Source: Candidatus Binatia bacterium (lineage in GTDB: Bacteria > Desulfobacterota > Binatia > UBA9968 > JAJDTQ01). Taken from it: a DNA stretch of 64,000 nucleotides. The stretch covers positions 4,128,001-4,192,000 of the forward strand of contig OY762897.2 of the NCBI GenBank assembly GCA_963666515.2, in the 5' to 3' direction. Both the position numbers and the translations under genes were made by a program. The notes under the pieces are model-generated. The model did not search any database. It had not been told where the DNA came from and saw nothing but the letters and a program-made list of their open reading frames with translations. Positions 28,338 to 38,968 of the stretch are shown here, one piece after another; position 1 is the stretch's first letter, and each line of letters starts with the position of its first letter.

Positions 28338-28775
28338 TCAGCTACGGCGGGGGAGCATGAGGGTGCACCGGCCCGTAAGGATTTGCCGGCCTTCCTGGTT
28401 GACGCCTTCCAGCTCGCACTCGATCCAGGGGTCGGCGGGGTCGGCGCTCTTCTGTGTCGAGCGTGCGGCGAACCGCATGGTATCGCCCTCGAAGGTAGAG
28501 TACGTGTGCCGGATGCTGAGCTTGCGGAGCAGACCGCGGGGGCCGAGCCAGTCGGTCAGCATGCGCATCAGCAGCGCCTGCCGGTAGGCGCCGCTGGCGA
28601 TGAAGGTGCGCAGCCCGGCGTGCTCGCGCACCCAGTCACGGTCGTAGTGGAGTTGCTGGGTGTTCTCCTGGAGCCCGGCCCAGCGCACGGTGTCGATGAC
28701 GGTGAGGGGACCGTACTCGCGGGCCGTGAGTTCCGCACCCGCTTCCACGTCCTCGAAGAATCGCTGTTCGTCCAT
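28338..28775 (-). CDS. MaoC-like hot-dog dehydratase
   Basis: FFEDVEAG, QLHYDRDW..HAGL, MLTDWLG, FEGDT. Alternative starts at 28796 and 28838. Confidence 0.8.
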   Translation of the reverse strand: MDEQRFFEDVEAGAELTAREYGPLTVIDTVRWAGLQENTQQLHYDRDWVREHAGLRTFIASGAYRQALLMRMLTDWLGPRGLLRKLSIRHTYSTFEGDTMRFAARSTQKSADPADPWIECELEGVNQEGRQILTGRCTLMLPRRS

Positions 28776-28834
28776 CGTTGTCCCTGCGCCGGTCATCCTC
28801 GCCCGCTCATCGACGCGCTTGCCGCCCCAAGGCC

Positions 28835-29950
28835 TCATACGGCACCCGTCTCCACCAGTGCCTGATAGTCCGCATCGGAGTAGCCCAGCTCGGCCAGGAT
28901 CTCGGCGTTGTGCTGCCCGAGCGTGGGCGCCGGCTTCATTTCCTGATCCCGCACGCGGGCGACCGCGCCGCGCGGGAACGGGATGCGGCCGAAGCGTGGA
29001 TCATTCGCCTCGGTGAGGTAGCCCCGGTCCATGAGTTGCGGATCCGCGGTCAGATCCAGCGGCGTCGACACCGGTGACGACGGGAACCGGCGCCGCTGCC
29101 CCTCTTCGACGATCTCCGATTTGGTGAACTGTCTTGACCAGGCCAGCACGCGGTCCATGATGAAGTCCTTCTTCTCGCGCTGCACGTCGTCCGATGCCAG
29201 CGAGGGATCGGCCATCAGTTCCGGGTCCCCGATCCACTCCGTGAACTTCTCCCATCGCCCCGGCCGGTTGATCTGGCTGACCACCCAGTGGCCGTCCTTG
29301 CACGGCAGCGCCCCGGAGATGGCGGTGATGTTGCCGCGGGTGCCCCGCCGCTCGGTGCGAGTGCCGGAGAAGGTGTACTCGACCATCGCTTGCTCGACGA
29401 AGGTCTTGAGGCAGTCCTGCATTGAGATCCGGACACGTTGGCCCTGTCCGGTTTGCCGGAGCACGTGAAGCGCGGCGGCTGTTCCCATGGCCGCCTGGAT
29501 GCCCGTAGCCAGATAGATCATGTGGCCGCCGAGGAGCGTGGGCCGGCCGTCGCGCTGTCCCGTGAGCGAAAGCAGGCCGGAGCGGGCGTAGGCGCACAGC
29601 TCGTCCTCTGACTCCTCAACGTCGGTCCACACGATGTCAGCCTTTGTGTTTTCGTTGTCCATGGGCAGCCGCCGGCTGGTCACCACGGCGTCCGCAGTCT
29701 GCACCAGCTCCAGCAAGAGCCGCCATCCTGTCGCGGCCTCCAGGTCGAGGGAGAAACTGCGCTTGCCGGCGTTCAGGAAGTGGTGGAAGGCTCCCTGCTC
29801 CGGGTCGGGGACTTCTCCCAAGAACGGGCCGGTCCAGCGTACCGAATCACCGCCCGCCGGATCGATGCGAATCACGTCATGGCCGGACTCCACGAGCAGC
29901 CGCGTGGCATAGGCGCCGGCCAGGGAACCAAGATCAATGATGCGCGACAT
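28835..29950 (-). CDS. Class III CoA-transferase subunit (BbsE-like, probably lacking the catalytic Asp)
   Basis: AGAYATRLL, FLNAGKRSFSLDL, GQGQRV, PCKDG, APTLGQHN. PTLLGGHMIY has Tyr at the usual Asp position. Confidence 0.8.
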   Translation of the reverse strand: MSRIIDLGSLAGAYATRLLVESGHDVIRIDPAGGDSVRWTGPFLGEVPDPEQGAFHHFLNAGKRSFSLDLEAATGWRLLLELVQTADAVVTSRRLPMDNENTKADIVWTDVEESEDELCAYARSGLLSLTGQRDGRPTLLGGHMIYLATGIQAAMGTAAALHVLRQTGQGQRVRISMQDCLKTFVEQAMVEYTFSGTRTERRGTRGNITAISGALPCKDGHWVVSQINRPGRWEKFTEWIGDPELMADPSLASDDVQREKKDFIMDRVLAWSRQFTKSEIVEEGQRRRFPSSPVSTPLDLTADPQLMDRGYLTEANDPRFGRIPFPRGAVARVRDQEMKPAPTLGQHNAEILAELGYSDADYQALVETGAV

Positions 29951-30006
29951 GACTCAATCTGGTCGGGGTCCCTGCCGGATTATGCTTCGCTAATCCGACC
30001 TGCTTC

Positions 30007-30531
30007 TCAATCCTCGGCCTTCCGTTCCGGGAACAGCGCCACGGTGTGGCGCCGGATGAAGACCAGTTCGCCCTCTCCATCATGCACCTCCTCCGTCTGC
30101 GTGACGTAGATTCCCACGCCCATCCTCCCCTCGCGCGCCGTGATGTCGACGATATGGCTCTGGCAGGTAAGCGGCTCGCCCAAGTGGACCGGCCCGAGCC
30201 ACTCGGTCTCGCTGCCCGCGTTGCGCACGTTGGTGTAGGCCGCGGGCACGGGGAGCTGCCGCCGCACGTCGAACGAGGAGCCTTTCCCGTCCTCCGGCTC
30301 CTTGAGGCTGAAGGGCGTCCAGCCCACCAGAATGGGGGGCAGGAGACGCCCCCGGTAGCCGGCAGATCGGGCGAAGCCGTCATCCAGCCAAAGGGGATTG
30401 GCATCGCCCGTGGCGTCCACGTAGCGGCGCACGTCCGATGCGCTCAACGTCTGCAACGCGCGTAGCGGGCCTTTCCTGCCGATGCAGCGGCGCAGCTCGT
30501 CGGTGATGATGGTTTCGGCGGATTCGCTCAT
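30007..30531 (-). CDS. MaoC/FAS1-like dehydratase (N-terminal type)
   Basis: DVRRYVDATGDANPLWLD, NAGSETEW..PVHLGE, ITAREGRMG. Confidence 0.8.
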   Translation of the reverse strand: MSESAETIITDELRRCIGRKGPLRALQTLSASDVRRYVDATGDANPLWLDDGFARSAGYRGRLLPPILVGWTPFSLKEPEDGKGSSFDVRRQLPVPAAYTNVRNAGSETEWLGPVHLGEPLTCQSHIVDITAREGRMGVGIYVTQTEEVHDGEGELVFIRRHTVALFPERKAED

Positions 30532-30599
30532 GGGCGTGTCGCGTTGGAAGCGTTCCGGCAATTTGCCGTGTTGCAGGGTTCAGCCCGGTCGGAGCACCC

Positions 30600-31814
30600 T
30601 TATACAAGGGCTCCAGCCCGGTCCAGTTCCGCCAACGCGCTCTCCGAAAATTCCAGCCATTCCCGCAGCACTTCCCGCGTGTGCTGGCCCAAGCCTGGGG
30701 CGGGCGTCGCCGGCGGCAGGGCGCTTTCGGAAAACTCGACAGGCAGCGCCGTCGTCAGCATCGAGCCCACCCGAGGCTCGTCCATCCTCTTGTAGGCGCC
30801 CGACGGCGTGGGGTCCTCCGCCAGGTCCCGGACCCGCCGCATGCGCGCCGCGGGGACGCCGGCCTTCCTCAACCGCGCCTCCACGTCCGCGCTGTCGAGC
30901 CCGCGGGTCCAGGCATCGATGCGCTCGTCGATCTCGTCGTGATGGCGCAGGCGCTCCGCCACCGTGGCGAAGCGGGCGTCGCCCGTCAGGGCTGCGTCCG
31001 GGACGGCTTCCTCCACGGCCTCGGCCAGCTCCCGCCACTGCCCGTCGTCATGAACGCTGACCGCGCACCACCCGTCCTCTCCCGCGCAACGATAGACTCC
31101 CTGCGGCGCGAATCGTTCCGAGCGGTTGCCCATCCTGTCCGGGTTCCCGTGCTTCACCGCGCTGTAAAGCAGCAGCGGCGCGATCATCGACACGCTGCAC
31201 TCGAACTGGCCCATGTCCAGATGGATGTCCTTGCCGGTGCTCTCGCGCTCGGTCAACGCGCCGATGACGGCGTAGCCGGTATGGAGGCCGCCGATGTAAT
31301 CGTTCCAGGAGTTGGAGATGGCGGTGGGCGGGTCCCCTTCGGCGCCGGTGACCTGCATGAGCCCCGCGGCGCCCTGGAGGTTCATGTTCATGCTGGTCCA
31401 GTCGCGGCGCGGCCCGCTGTGTCCGTAGCCCGACATGCTTGCGAATATCAGTCCGGGGTTCGACTCCATGAGGGTCTCGTACCCCAGGCCCAGCCGGGAC
31501 ATGACGCCGGCGCTGAAGTTTTCCACCACCACGTCCGCGGCAGCCGCCAGACGACGGGCGATGTCGCACCCCGCCGGGTGCTTCAGGTCGATGGCCACCG
31601 AGCGCTTGTTGCGGTTGGTGTTGAGATAGGAGGCGTGGCGCCCGTCCGCGTGCCGGTAGGACGACGGCCACGGAAAGTCCGGATGCCTGCTGCTCTCGAC
31701 CCGCACCACGTCCGCCCCCAGGTCCGCCAGCAGCCGGGTGCAGAACGGCGCCGCCAGCACGTGCCCGAAGTCGAGGACGCGGACGCCGGAGAGGGGAGGC
31801 GCACCGTCCTTCAC
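30600..31814 (-). CDS. Class III CoA-transferase (CaiB/BbsF-like)
   Basis: PLSGVRVLDF, NRNKRSVAIDLK, DVVVENF, SGYG, SWNDYIGG (catalytic Asp present), APGLGQHT. Confidence 0.9.
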   Translation of the reverse strand: MKDGAPPLSGVRVLDFGHVLAAPFCTRLLADLGADVVRVESSRHPDFPWPSSYRHADGRHASYLNTNRNKRSVAIDLKHPAGCDIARRLAAAADVVVENFSAGVMSRLGLGYETLMESNPGLIFASMSGYGHSGPRRDWTSMNMNLQGAAGLMQVTGAEGDPPTAISNSWNDYIGGLHTGYAVIGALTERESTGKDIHLDMGQFECSVSMIAPLLLYSAVKHGNPDRMGNRSERFAPQGVYRCAGEDGWCAVSVHDDGQWRELAEAVEEAVPDAALTGDARFATVAERLRHHDEIDERIDAWTRGLDSADVEARLRKAGVPAARMRRVRDLAEDPTPSGAYKRMDEPRVGSMLTTALPVEFSESALPPATPAPGLGQHTREVLREWLEFSESALAELDRAGALV

Positions 31815-31905
31815 TGTCTTCCCACATCCTCCATGGTAAAGGCCACTATGCCCCAGGAAGGAGCGGTGTCAAGCTGCCCCGCGGCCGAGCCGGCCCGAGC
31901 GAAAG

Positions 31906-31936
31906 TTGACAGCCACAGGCCGGAACCCTATATAAT
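31906..31936 (+). promoter_or_regulatory. Candidate sigma70 promoter for the Rieske oxygenase genes
   Basis: TTGACA (31906) and TATAAT (31931), 19-nt spacer. A divergent TTGACA lies on the minus strand at 31872-31867. Confidence 0.55.
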
Positions 31937-32002
31937 CGCCACGAAATCGCCCCGCGTGACATTTATCGAGGGGCGTGAGCCGAAAGGTCTGAGGTGAACG
32001 GA

Positions 32003-33229
32003 ATGAATCGCTTGAACGAATTCGTTGACACCCGACAGGGCCTGCTGGACCGCCAGGTGTTCGTCTCCCAGGACATCTACGAGCAGGAGCTGGAGCGGAT
32101 ATTTGCCCGCTGCTGGCTGTTCCTGGGACACGAGACCCAGATCCCGAATCCCAACGACTTCCTCGCCACCTACATGGGCGAGGACCCCGTGCTGCTGTGG
32201 CGTGGCGGGGACGGGACGGTCCGTGCGTTCCTCAACATGTGCCGCCACCGGGGCAACCGGGTGTGCCGGGCGGATCAGGGCAACGCCAGCTCGCTCATGT
32301 GCACCTACCACGGCTGGTGCTACGGCAACGACGGCAAGCTCATCGGCGTTCCCGGCATGAAGGAGATCTACAGCAACGAGCTGGACATGACCCAGTGGGG
32401 TCTGGTGGAAGTGGCCCAGCTCGACACCTACAGGGGCCTTATCTTCGCCACCTTCGACCCGGACGCGCCGCCGCTTCTGGAGTACCTCGGCGGGCAGGAC
32501 CAGGAGCTGAGCTTCATGTTCGACCGGCGCGCCGGCGGCACCGAGGTCATCGGCGGCGTGCACAAATGGATCATGAACGCCAACTGGAAGTATGCCGCGG
32601 ACAACTTCTTCGGCGACGACGGCCACCACACCGTGACCCATGCGTCGGTCCGCCGCGTTCCCGTGGACGTCCGGTACTACCCGCAGACCAACGACGATGC
32701 GCGCCCCGATACCGACCGCGGGCTCTCCCGGGTCGCCGAAGGCGTCATACGGGACTATCACCAGGAGCATTTCGACGAGCTGATCGAGCGGATCGGCCCC
32801 GACATGGCCGAGCGCCCCGGGCTGGTCACCACCGTGTTTCCCAACCTGTCGCCCAACTTCAGCCGGCACATGATCCGGTTGTGGCACCCCAAGGGCCCGG
32901 ACAAGACCGAGATCTGGTCGTACTGCGTGGTGGACAAGGACGCGCCCGATGAGGTGAAGACCGCCATGCGCCTGCACCTGACCCAGACCTTCGGCCCGGC
33001 CGGGAACCTGGAGCAGGACGACATGAACAACTGGATCCAGTGCACCGACACCGCGCGCGGGGTCATCGCCAAGCGCTACCCGCAGAACATCCAGGCCCAT
33101 CTCGGACACGAGGACCGCTGCCCGCCCATCGGCGGCGGCAGGCGCCTGCGGGCCTTCTACTCCCGCTGGGAGATGATGATGAAGGCGGAGACCTGGTCGG
33201 ACGTCGACCTGGAGACCCGGTATTGGTGA
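32003..33229 (+). CDS. Aromatic ring-hydroxylating Rieske oxygenase alpha subunit, copy 1
   Basis: Rieske ligands CRH...CTYH; iron site [13 protein letters not shown] and EQDD. Confidence 0.92.
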   Translation: MNRLNEFVDTRQGLLDRQVFVSQDIYEQELERIFARCWLFLGHETQIPNPNDFLATYMGEDPVLLWRGGDGTVRAFLNMCRHRGNRVCRADQGNASSLMCTYHGWCYGNDGKLIGVPGMKEIYSNELDMTQWGLVEVAQLDTYRGLIFATFDPDAPPLLEYLGGQDQELSFMFDRRAGGTEVIGGVHKWIMNANWKYAADNFFGDDGHHTVTHASVRRVPVDVRYYPQTNDDARPDTDRGLSRVAEGVIRDYHQEHFDELIERIGPDMAERPGLVTTVFPNLSPNFSRHMIRLWHPKGPDKTEIWSYCVVDKDAPDEVKTAMRLHLTQTFGPAGNLEQDDMNNWIQCTDTARGVIAKRYPQNIQAHLGHEDRCPPIGGGRRLRAFYSRWEMMMKAETWSDVDLETRYW

Positions 33230-33269
33230 CGAACTCCCGCTACGCGCAACAACAGAAGGGTGACGCAAC

Positions 33270-33782
33270 GTGACCGACCACGATCTTTGGCATGAGATCA
33301 ACGACTTCCTGATCCGCGAGGCGCGGATGCTGGACGATCGCGCGTTCGAGGAATGGCTGGACCTCTTCACCGACGACATCGTCTACTGGATGCCGGAGCG
33401 GACCAACCCGTGGGAGAGCACCGATCCCGCGGACAGCATGTCCAAGCCCGGCGAGCTGGCGCTCTTCGAGGAGACCAAGGAGACGCTACGGACCCGGGTG
33501 GCCCGTCTCGCCACCGGCATGGCGTGGTCGGAAGTGCCGCCCTCGCGCACGCGCCACCTGGTCACCAACGTCCAGGTGGAGTCCGGCGAGAACGATTCGG
33601 AGCTGCGCGTTCGTTCGTATTTCATGGTGTACCGCACCCAGCTAGAGCACAGCCAGGACGTGTTCGTCGGCGAGCGGGACGACGTGCTGCGAAAGGTCGG
33701 GGACGAGTGGAAGATTGCCCGCCGCACCATCGTGCTGGACCAGGCGGTGCTGCAGTCGCCGAACCTGAGCATCTTCTTCTAG
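33270..33782 (+). CDS. Ring-hydroxylating oxygenase beta subunit (HcaF/BphA2-like)
   Basis: [35 protein letters not shown]. Confidence 0.92.
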   Translation: MTDHDLWHEINDFLIREARMLDDRAFEEWLDLFTDDIVYWMPERTNPWESTDPADSMSKPGELALFEETKETLRTRVARLATGMAWSEVPPSRTRHLVTNVQVESGENDSELRVRSYFMVYRTQLEHSQDVFVGERDDVLRKVGDEWKIARRTIVLDQAVLQSPNLSIFF

Positions 33783-33792
33783 GGGGTGCGGG

Positions 33793-35022
33793 ATGAACCA
33801 GTTGAATGATCTCGTCGATACCCGGCAAGGGCTGCTGGACCGTCGCATTTTCGTCTCCAGGGACATCTACCAGCAGGAGCTGGAGCGGATCTTCGCGCGC
33901 TGCTGGCTGTTCCTGGGCCACGAGAGCCAGATTCCCAATCCCAATGACTTCCTCGCCACCTACATGGGCGAGGATCCGGTGCTGCTGTGCCGGGGCGGCG
34001 ACGGCGCCATCCGGGCTTTCCTCAACATGTGCCGCCACCGAGGCAACCGGGTTTGCCGCGCCGACCAGGGCAACGCCGACTCGTTCATGTGCACCTACCA
34101 CGGCTGGTGCTACAGCAACGACGGCAAGCTCATCGGTGTTCCCGGCATGAAGGAAATCTACAGCGGCGAGCTGGACATGAAGCAGTGGGGCCTCATCGAA
34201 GTGGCCCAACTGGATGTCTACAGGAGCCTGATCTTCGCCACCTTCGACCCCAAGGCGCCGCCCTTGCTGGACTACCTCGGCGGCCAGGAGCAGGAACTGG
34301 GCGTCATGTTCGACCGCCGCGCCGGCGGCACCGAGATCATCGGCGGCGTCCACAAGTGGGTGATGAACGCCAACTGGAAGTACGCCGCGGACAACTTCTT
34401 CGGCGACGACGGCCACCATACCATCACACACGTGTCCGTGCGCGAGGTGCCCGTGGACGACCTGTCCTACCCCCGCACCAACGAGGAGCCCCGCCCCTAC
34501 GCCGATGACATCGGCTTCACGCGGGTGGCCGGCGGCGTCATCCGGGACTACCTGCTCGACCACTTCGACGAGGCGGTGGAGCGCATCGGCCCCGATCTCG
34601 CCCAGCAGGCCGGGCTCGTCACCACCGTCTTCCCCAACGTCTCCCCCAACTTCATCCGCCACATGATCCGCGTGTGGCACCCCCGAGGCCCGGAGAAGAC
34701 CGAGATCTGGTCCTACTGCGTCGTCGACAAGGAAGCGCCCCCCGAGATCAAGACCGCCATGCGCCGCCACCTCACACAGACCTTCGGCCCCAGCGGCAAC
34801 CTGGAGCAGGACGACATGAACAACTGGGAGCAGTGCACCGGCACCGCCCGCGGCGTCATCGCCCGCCGCTACCCCCAGAACATCCAGGCCCACCTCGGCC
34901 ACGAGGAAAAGTCCGGCGCCTTCGGCGGCGGCAAGCGCCTGCGCCAGTTCTACGCCCGCTGGGCGATGATGATGGAGGCGGAGAGCTGGGGGGAGGTGGA
35001 TTTGGGGACGAAGTACTACTGA
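33793..35022 (+). CDS. Aromatic ring-hydroxylating Rieske oxygenase alpha subunit, copy 2
   Basis: Same intact motifs; closely similar to copy 1. Confidence 0.92.
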   Translation: MNQLNDLVDTRQGLLDRRIFVSRDIYQQELERIFARCWLFLGHESQIPNPNDFLATYMGEDPVLLCRGGDGAIRAFLNMCRHRGNRVCRADQGNADSFMCTYHGWCYSNDGKLIGVPGMKEIYSGELDMKQWGLIEVAQLDVYRSLIFATFDPKAPPLLDYLGGQEQELGVMFDRRAGGTEIIGGVHKWVMNANWKYAADNFFGDDGHHTITHVSVREVPVDDLSYPRTNEEPRPYADDIGFTRVAGGVIRDYLLDHFDEAVERIGPDLAQQAGLVTTVFPNVSPNFIRHMIRVWHPRGPEKTEIWSYCVVDKEAPPEIKTAMRRHLTQTFGPSGNLEQDDMNNWEQCTGTARGVIARRYPQNIQAHLGHEEKSGAFGGGKRLRQFYARWAMMMEAESWGEVDLGTKYY

Positions 35023-35072
35023 CGGTCTTTCCCCGATAGTTTCTCGCCAGTTCCTGAATCCGACCGAAAGAC

Positions 35073-35148
<76 letters not shown>

Positions 35149-35230
35149 TGGGGTTGGGGTGAAGGGAAAACGGCGTACGTCTCAGATTGTCAATCTAACA
35201 TTTGGCTGCCGATGGCGGCAAGCGACTCCG

Positions 35231-36028
35231 TCACCGCGCCGCCATCCTCCCCCCCTCCACCGGCAGGTCCGCTCCCGTTATGTAGTCGGCCCACTGGGAG
35301 GCCAGGAACAGCACGGGGCCGACGAAGTCTTCGACCTCGCCCTTGCGGCCGAGGGCGGGCGGGGTGAACTCGCCGGCGGTGTGGGAGGGTTCGGGACCCT
35401 CGCTGGCGCCCTTGGCGATGGCCTCGTACTCGTAGATGGTGGTGAGGCGGTTGGGGGTGAAGCCGGGGCTGACGGAGTTGACGTTGATGTTGTCGCGGCC
35501 GAGCTCCACGGCCATCTGCCGGGTGAGCATGACGACGCCGCCCTTGGCGGCGCTGTAGGCAGAGCCGCCGGCGGTGCCGCGGTGGCCGGCGATGGAAGCG
35601 ATGTTGACGATCTTGCCGCCGCCCTGGCGTTTCATCACGGGCGCCACGTGGCGGGTGGTGAGGTAGGCGGCCTTGAGGCAGATGTCCAGCACGAAGTCCC
35701 ACTCGCCGGGCTCCATCTCGACGATGGTCTTGGGCGGGTAGATCTGCACCGCCGCGGCGTTGACCACAACGTCGATCCTGCCCAACCGCTCCACGACCCC
35801 GTTCACCATGCGGGCTACGTCGGCGTCGTCGGAGACGTCGCAGCAGGCGGGGACCGCCTCGACGTCGCCGGTGAGCTTGCCGATGCATTCGAGGGCCTTG
35901 TCTTCCTTGAGGTCGTTGACGGCCAGCTTGGCGCCGTGATCGGCGAAGCCCTGCGAAAATGCTGTGCCGAGCACGCCGGCGCCGCCGGTGATGAGAACCA
36001 CTTTGTCCTTGAGTCCGAGATCTCTCAT
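35231..36028 (-). CDS. Short-chain dehydrogenase/reductase
   Basis: TGGAGVLG, VNAA, NIAS, YSAAK, NSVSPG. Confidence 0.92.
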   Translation of the reverse strand: MRDLGLKDKVVLITGGAGVLGTAFSQGFADHGAKLAVNDLKEDKALECIGKLTGDVEAVPACCDVSDDADVARMVNGVVERLGRIDVVVNAAAVQIYPPKTIVEMEPGEWDFVLDICLKAAYLTTRHVAPVMKRQGGGKIVNIASIAGHRGTAGGSAYSAAKGGVVMLTRQMAVELGRDNINVNSVSPGFTPNRLTTIYEYEAIAKGASEGPEPSHTAGEFTPPALGRKGEVEDFVGPVLFLASQWADYITGADLPVEGGRMAAR

Positions 36029-36098
36029 TGAAATTCTCCTGCGCTTCAAAGGCCCGTGGGGGTAGGGCCGCAGAGCCCGCTGCTTCCGCGTCGGTTCC

Positions 36099-36806
36099 CT
36101 ACCGCTGGGCCGCCCGAAGCTGTGGCGCGCCCCGCAGCGACTCCACGTGCGCCAGCGCCTCTGCCCGGGTTACCACGGTCGCGTACTTGCTGTTCATCTC
36201 GTAGAGGTTCACGAGGTGCGAGAACTGCGAGCGGTCGAAGGTGCCTTCCTCCACCACGAACACGGGGAAGCCGTAGGAATAACCGTCGATGACCGTGGAA
36301 CGGACACAGCCGGAGGTGGAGGCCCCGGTGACGATCAACGAGTCGATGTTCTTGCGCGTCAGGTAGGTGATCAGGTGGGTGCCGAAGAACGCGCTGGCCC
36401 GTGCCTTGTGCACCACGTACTCGTCCTTGCGCGGCCGGATCATCTGCGGGAACTGCACCGCCAGGTCGCTTGAGGTGGTGGGTTCCGCGGCGCGCTTGGT
36501 GGCGTTGCCGAACACCGCCTTGAAGTCGGGGTCGCTGGTGGAATAGACGACCGGCACCTTGCTCTTGCGGCACGCGACCAGGAGCTTGCGGATGTGCGGC
36601 AGCGCCTGCCACGCGGCCTTGCCGCAGCTCGACCGGAACTCGTCGATGGCGTCCAGGGTCTCCATCGGCCTCGTGCCGGTGAAGGCGGTAATGACGTCGA
36701 TGATCAGCAGCGCGGGGCGCTCGCCGAAGGGCTGCTTGCCTTTGTAGCCGGCCTTTTCGTAGATCCGGCGGTCGTGCTCCGGAACAATCTTTTCCCAATC
36801 TCTCAT
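36099..36806 (-). CDS. Isochorismatase-family cysteine hydrolase (maleamate/N-carbamoylsarcosine amidase-like)
   Basis: GERPALLIID, KARASAFFGT, GASTSGCVRSTVID. Confidence 0.88.
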   Translation of the reverse strand: MRDWEKIVPEHDRRIYEKAGYKGKQPFGERPALLIIDVITAFTGTRPMETLDAIDEFRSSCGKAAWQALPHIRKLLVACRKSKVPVVYSTSDPDFKAVFGNATKRAAEPTTSSDLAVQFPQMIRPRKDEYVVHKARASAFFGTHLITYLTRKNIDSLIVTGASTSGCVRSTVIDGYSYGFPVFVVEEGTFDRSQFSHLVNLYEMNSKYATVVTRAEALAHVESLRGAPQLRAAQR

Positions 36807-36912
36807 GGTGTGCCTCCTCGTGGGCTGTAACCATATATCAAACGGTGGAGGACACTCAAATGCGGGTTCGGGTTGGCGCGGGGAATGGTTGTCGGATCAG
36901 GTTTGGTCCGAC

Positions 36913-37314
36913 CTATGGGAAGAAGGTCAGCTTGACCAGTAAGGCCAGGATGGCCGGACCGAAGCTGAACACAGCGAAACGCAGGACGGCGATCTGGCTT
37001 TCGAGTCTTGAGAACTCTTCCTTGGTGACCATATTGGCTTCAACTTTGGCGAGGCGGGCTTCAAGCTTGGCCAAGGCTTCCTTGGTGGCCATGCGGGCTT
37101 CGAGGTTCGCCAAGTCTTCCTTGGTGGCCATGCGGGCTTCGAGGTTCGCCAGGTCTTCCTTGGTGGCCATGCGGGCTTCGAGCCTGGCCATGTCTTCTTT
37201 GGTCGCCATGTTCTCGGCTGGTGGTACAGCGCCCGCCGCGGCCTTTGCCGTTTCCGGGGAAGCTCCGGCTTCGATCAGCGCATCGTAGACTTCGGAAACG
37301 ATCAGGCCCATCAT
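36913..37314 (-). CDS. DUF1640-like coiled-coil membrane-anchored protein with tandem repeats
   Basis: EVYDALIEAGASPETAKAAA, repeated MATKEDLANLEAR, C-terminal hydrophobic anchor. Confidence 0.7.
   Translation of the reverse strand: MMGLIVSEVYDALIEAGASPETAKAAAGAVPPAENMATKEDMARLEARMATKEDLANLEARMATKEDLANLEARMATKEALAKLEARLAKVEANMVTKEEFSRLESQIAVLRFAVFSFGPAILALLVKLTFFP
37054..37209 (-). repeat. 4 x 39-bp intragenic tandem repeat
   Basis: Unit (plus strand) GCGGGCTTCGAGGTTCGCCAAGTCTTCCTTGGTGGCCAT, with variants. Confidence 0.92.
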
Positions 37315-37466
37315 AGCATCTCCGGATGCGTTGCCCGGTCCAATACGGTTCGTTCCAGAACACGACACCAGGAAACGGCGGTAAAGTCAAGAATGGTCAT
37401 GTAAAGGATAATCGGCGCTTCGCACGCATTCTTTAGCGTGACCTCGCCTGGGCAGGGAAACCGCCG

Positions 37467-38093
37467 TCACGCCCGCAACGCCGCCAGCATGTCCCGGGCC
37501 GCGGCCGCGGGGTCGGGGGCTTCGGAGATGGCGGAGATGAGGGCGATGCGAGCGGTCCCGTGGGCCTTGAGTTCCGGGATGTGCTCCTGTTTGATGCCGC
37601 CGATGGCGAACACCGGAACGGTCGCGGAGTCCGTGACGGCCTTTAGCGCGGCAGGTCCCTGGGGGTCGCCGAAGGGGAGCTTGGAGGTGGTGGGGTAGAC
37701 GGGTCCGAACAGGACGAAGTCAGCGCCCGCCTCGGAGGCCGTGCGCGCCTCGTCGACGGAGTGGGTCGAAACGCCGATCTTCCGGTTTGGGCCGAGGAGA
37801 TCGCGGGCCATCTCCACGGGTACGGAGTTGGCCGCCAAGTGCACGCCGGCGGCGTCCGCGGCCAGCGCCACGTCCACGCGGTCGTTGACGAAGAACTCGG
37901 CGCCGTGAAGGTCGCACAACTGCTTCACGTCGCGGGCCAGCTCCAGCAGTTCCCGTCCGCCCAGGTCCTTCTCCCGAAGCTGCACGGCCCGCACGCCGCC
38001 TTCCAGGGCCTGCTCCAGCACCCACGTGAGCTTGCGGCCCTGGGTGGTTTTGCGGTCGGTGACGAGATACAGGTCGAAATCGATGGAACTCAA
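37467..38093 (-). CDS. thiE: Thiamine-phosphate synthase
   Basis: LYLVTD, VQLREK, VNDRVDVA, GVH, GVSTHS, FAIGGI. Confidence 0.93.
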   Translation of the reverse strand: MSSIDFDLYLVTDRKTTQGRKLTWVLEQALEGGVRAVQLREKDLGGRELLELARDVKQLCDLHGAEFFVNDRVDVALAADAAGVHLAANSVPVEMARDLLGPNRKIGVSTHSVDEARTASEAGADFVLFGPVYPTTSKLPFGDPQGPAALKAVTDSATVPVFAIGGIKQEHIPELKAHGTARIALISAISEAPDPAAAARDMLAALRA

Positions 38094-38154
38094 CGGTCTT
38101 CCGGCGCGGAGGTCGCGGTGGAGGGCTCCAGGGGGTTTCTACCCGCGTGCCCGG

Positions 38155-38964
38155 TCAGGTGAGCAGCCCCTCGATGGGGCTGGAAGCCGTGGCGTAGAGC
38201 CTCTTGGGAATGCGCCCGGCCAGGAAGGCCTTGCGTCCGGCCTCCACGGCCTGCTTCATGGCGTCGGCCATGAGCACGGGGTCCCTGGCGCCGGCGATGG
38301 CGGTGTTCATGAGCACGCCGTCGCAGCCCATCTCCATGACGATGGCGGCGTCGGACGCGGTGCCCACGCCGGCGTCCACGATGACCGGGATGGACACGTT
38401 CTCCTGGATGATGCGGATGTTGTAGGGGTTGCGGATGCCCAGGCCCGAGCCGATGGGCGCCGCCAGGGGCATCACCGCGGCGCAGCCCATGTCCTCGAGC
38501 TTCTTGGCGGTGACCACGTCGTCGCTGATGTAAGGCAGCACGGTGAAGCCGTCCTCGACCAGCATCCGCGCGGCCTCCAAGGTGCCGGGCGTGTCCGGGA
38601 ACAGGGTCTTGTCGTCGCCGATGACCTCCAGCTTGACCATGTCGCCGACCCCGGCCTCCCGGGCCAGGCGGCAGGTGCGCACGGCTTCCTCGGGCGTGTA
38701 GCAGCCGGCGGTGTTGGGCAGGATGGTGAACTTCTCGGGGTCCAGGTAGTCGAGCAGGTTCTCCTGGTCCGGGTCGGTGACGTTGACACGCCGCACCGCC
38801 ACGGTGACGATCTCCGCCCCCGAGACCTCGATGGCCTTGCGGGTTTCCTCGAAGTCGCGGTACTTGCCCGTGCCGACGATCAGCCGCGACCGGAATTCCT
38901 TCCCGGCCAGACGCAGGCAGTCGGACGATGCCGCCTCCGAGACTTGCGGTGTGGGTTGGGCCAT
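38155..38964 (-). CDS. thiG: Thiazole synthase
   Basis: [47 protein letters not shown]. Confidence 0.96.
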   Translation of the reverse strand: MAQPTPQVSEAASSDCLRLAGKEFRSRLIVGTGKYRDFEETRKAIEVSGAEIVTVAVRRVNVTDPDQENLLDYLDPEKFTILPNTAGCYTPEEAVRTCRLAREAGVGDMVKLEVIGDDKTLFPDTPGTLEAARMLVEDGFTVLPYISDDVVTAKKLEDMGCAAVMPLAAPIGSGLGIRNPYNIRIIQENVSIPVIVDAGVGTASDAAIVMEMGCDGVLMNTAIAGARDPVLMADAMKQAVEAGRKAFLAGRIPKRLYATASSPIEGLLT

Positions 38965-38968
38965 GGCT

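Noticed and set aside
37054-37209. CRISPR-like repeats
   Set aside because: Contiguous in-frame 39-bp coding repeats with no spacers.
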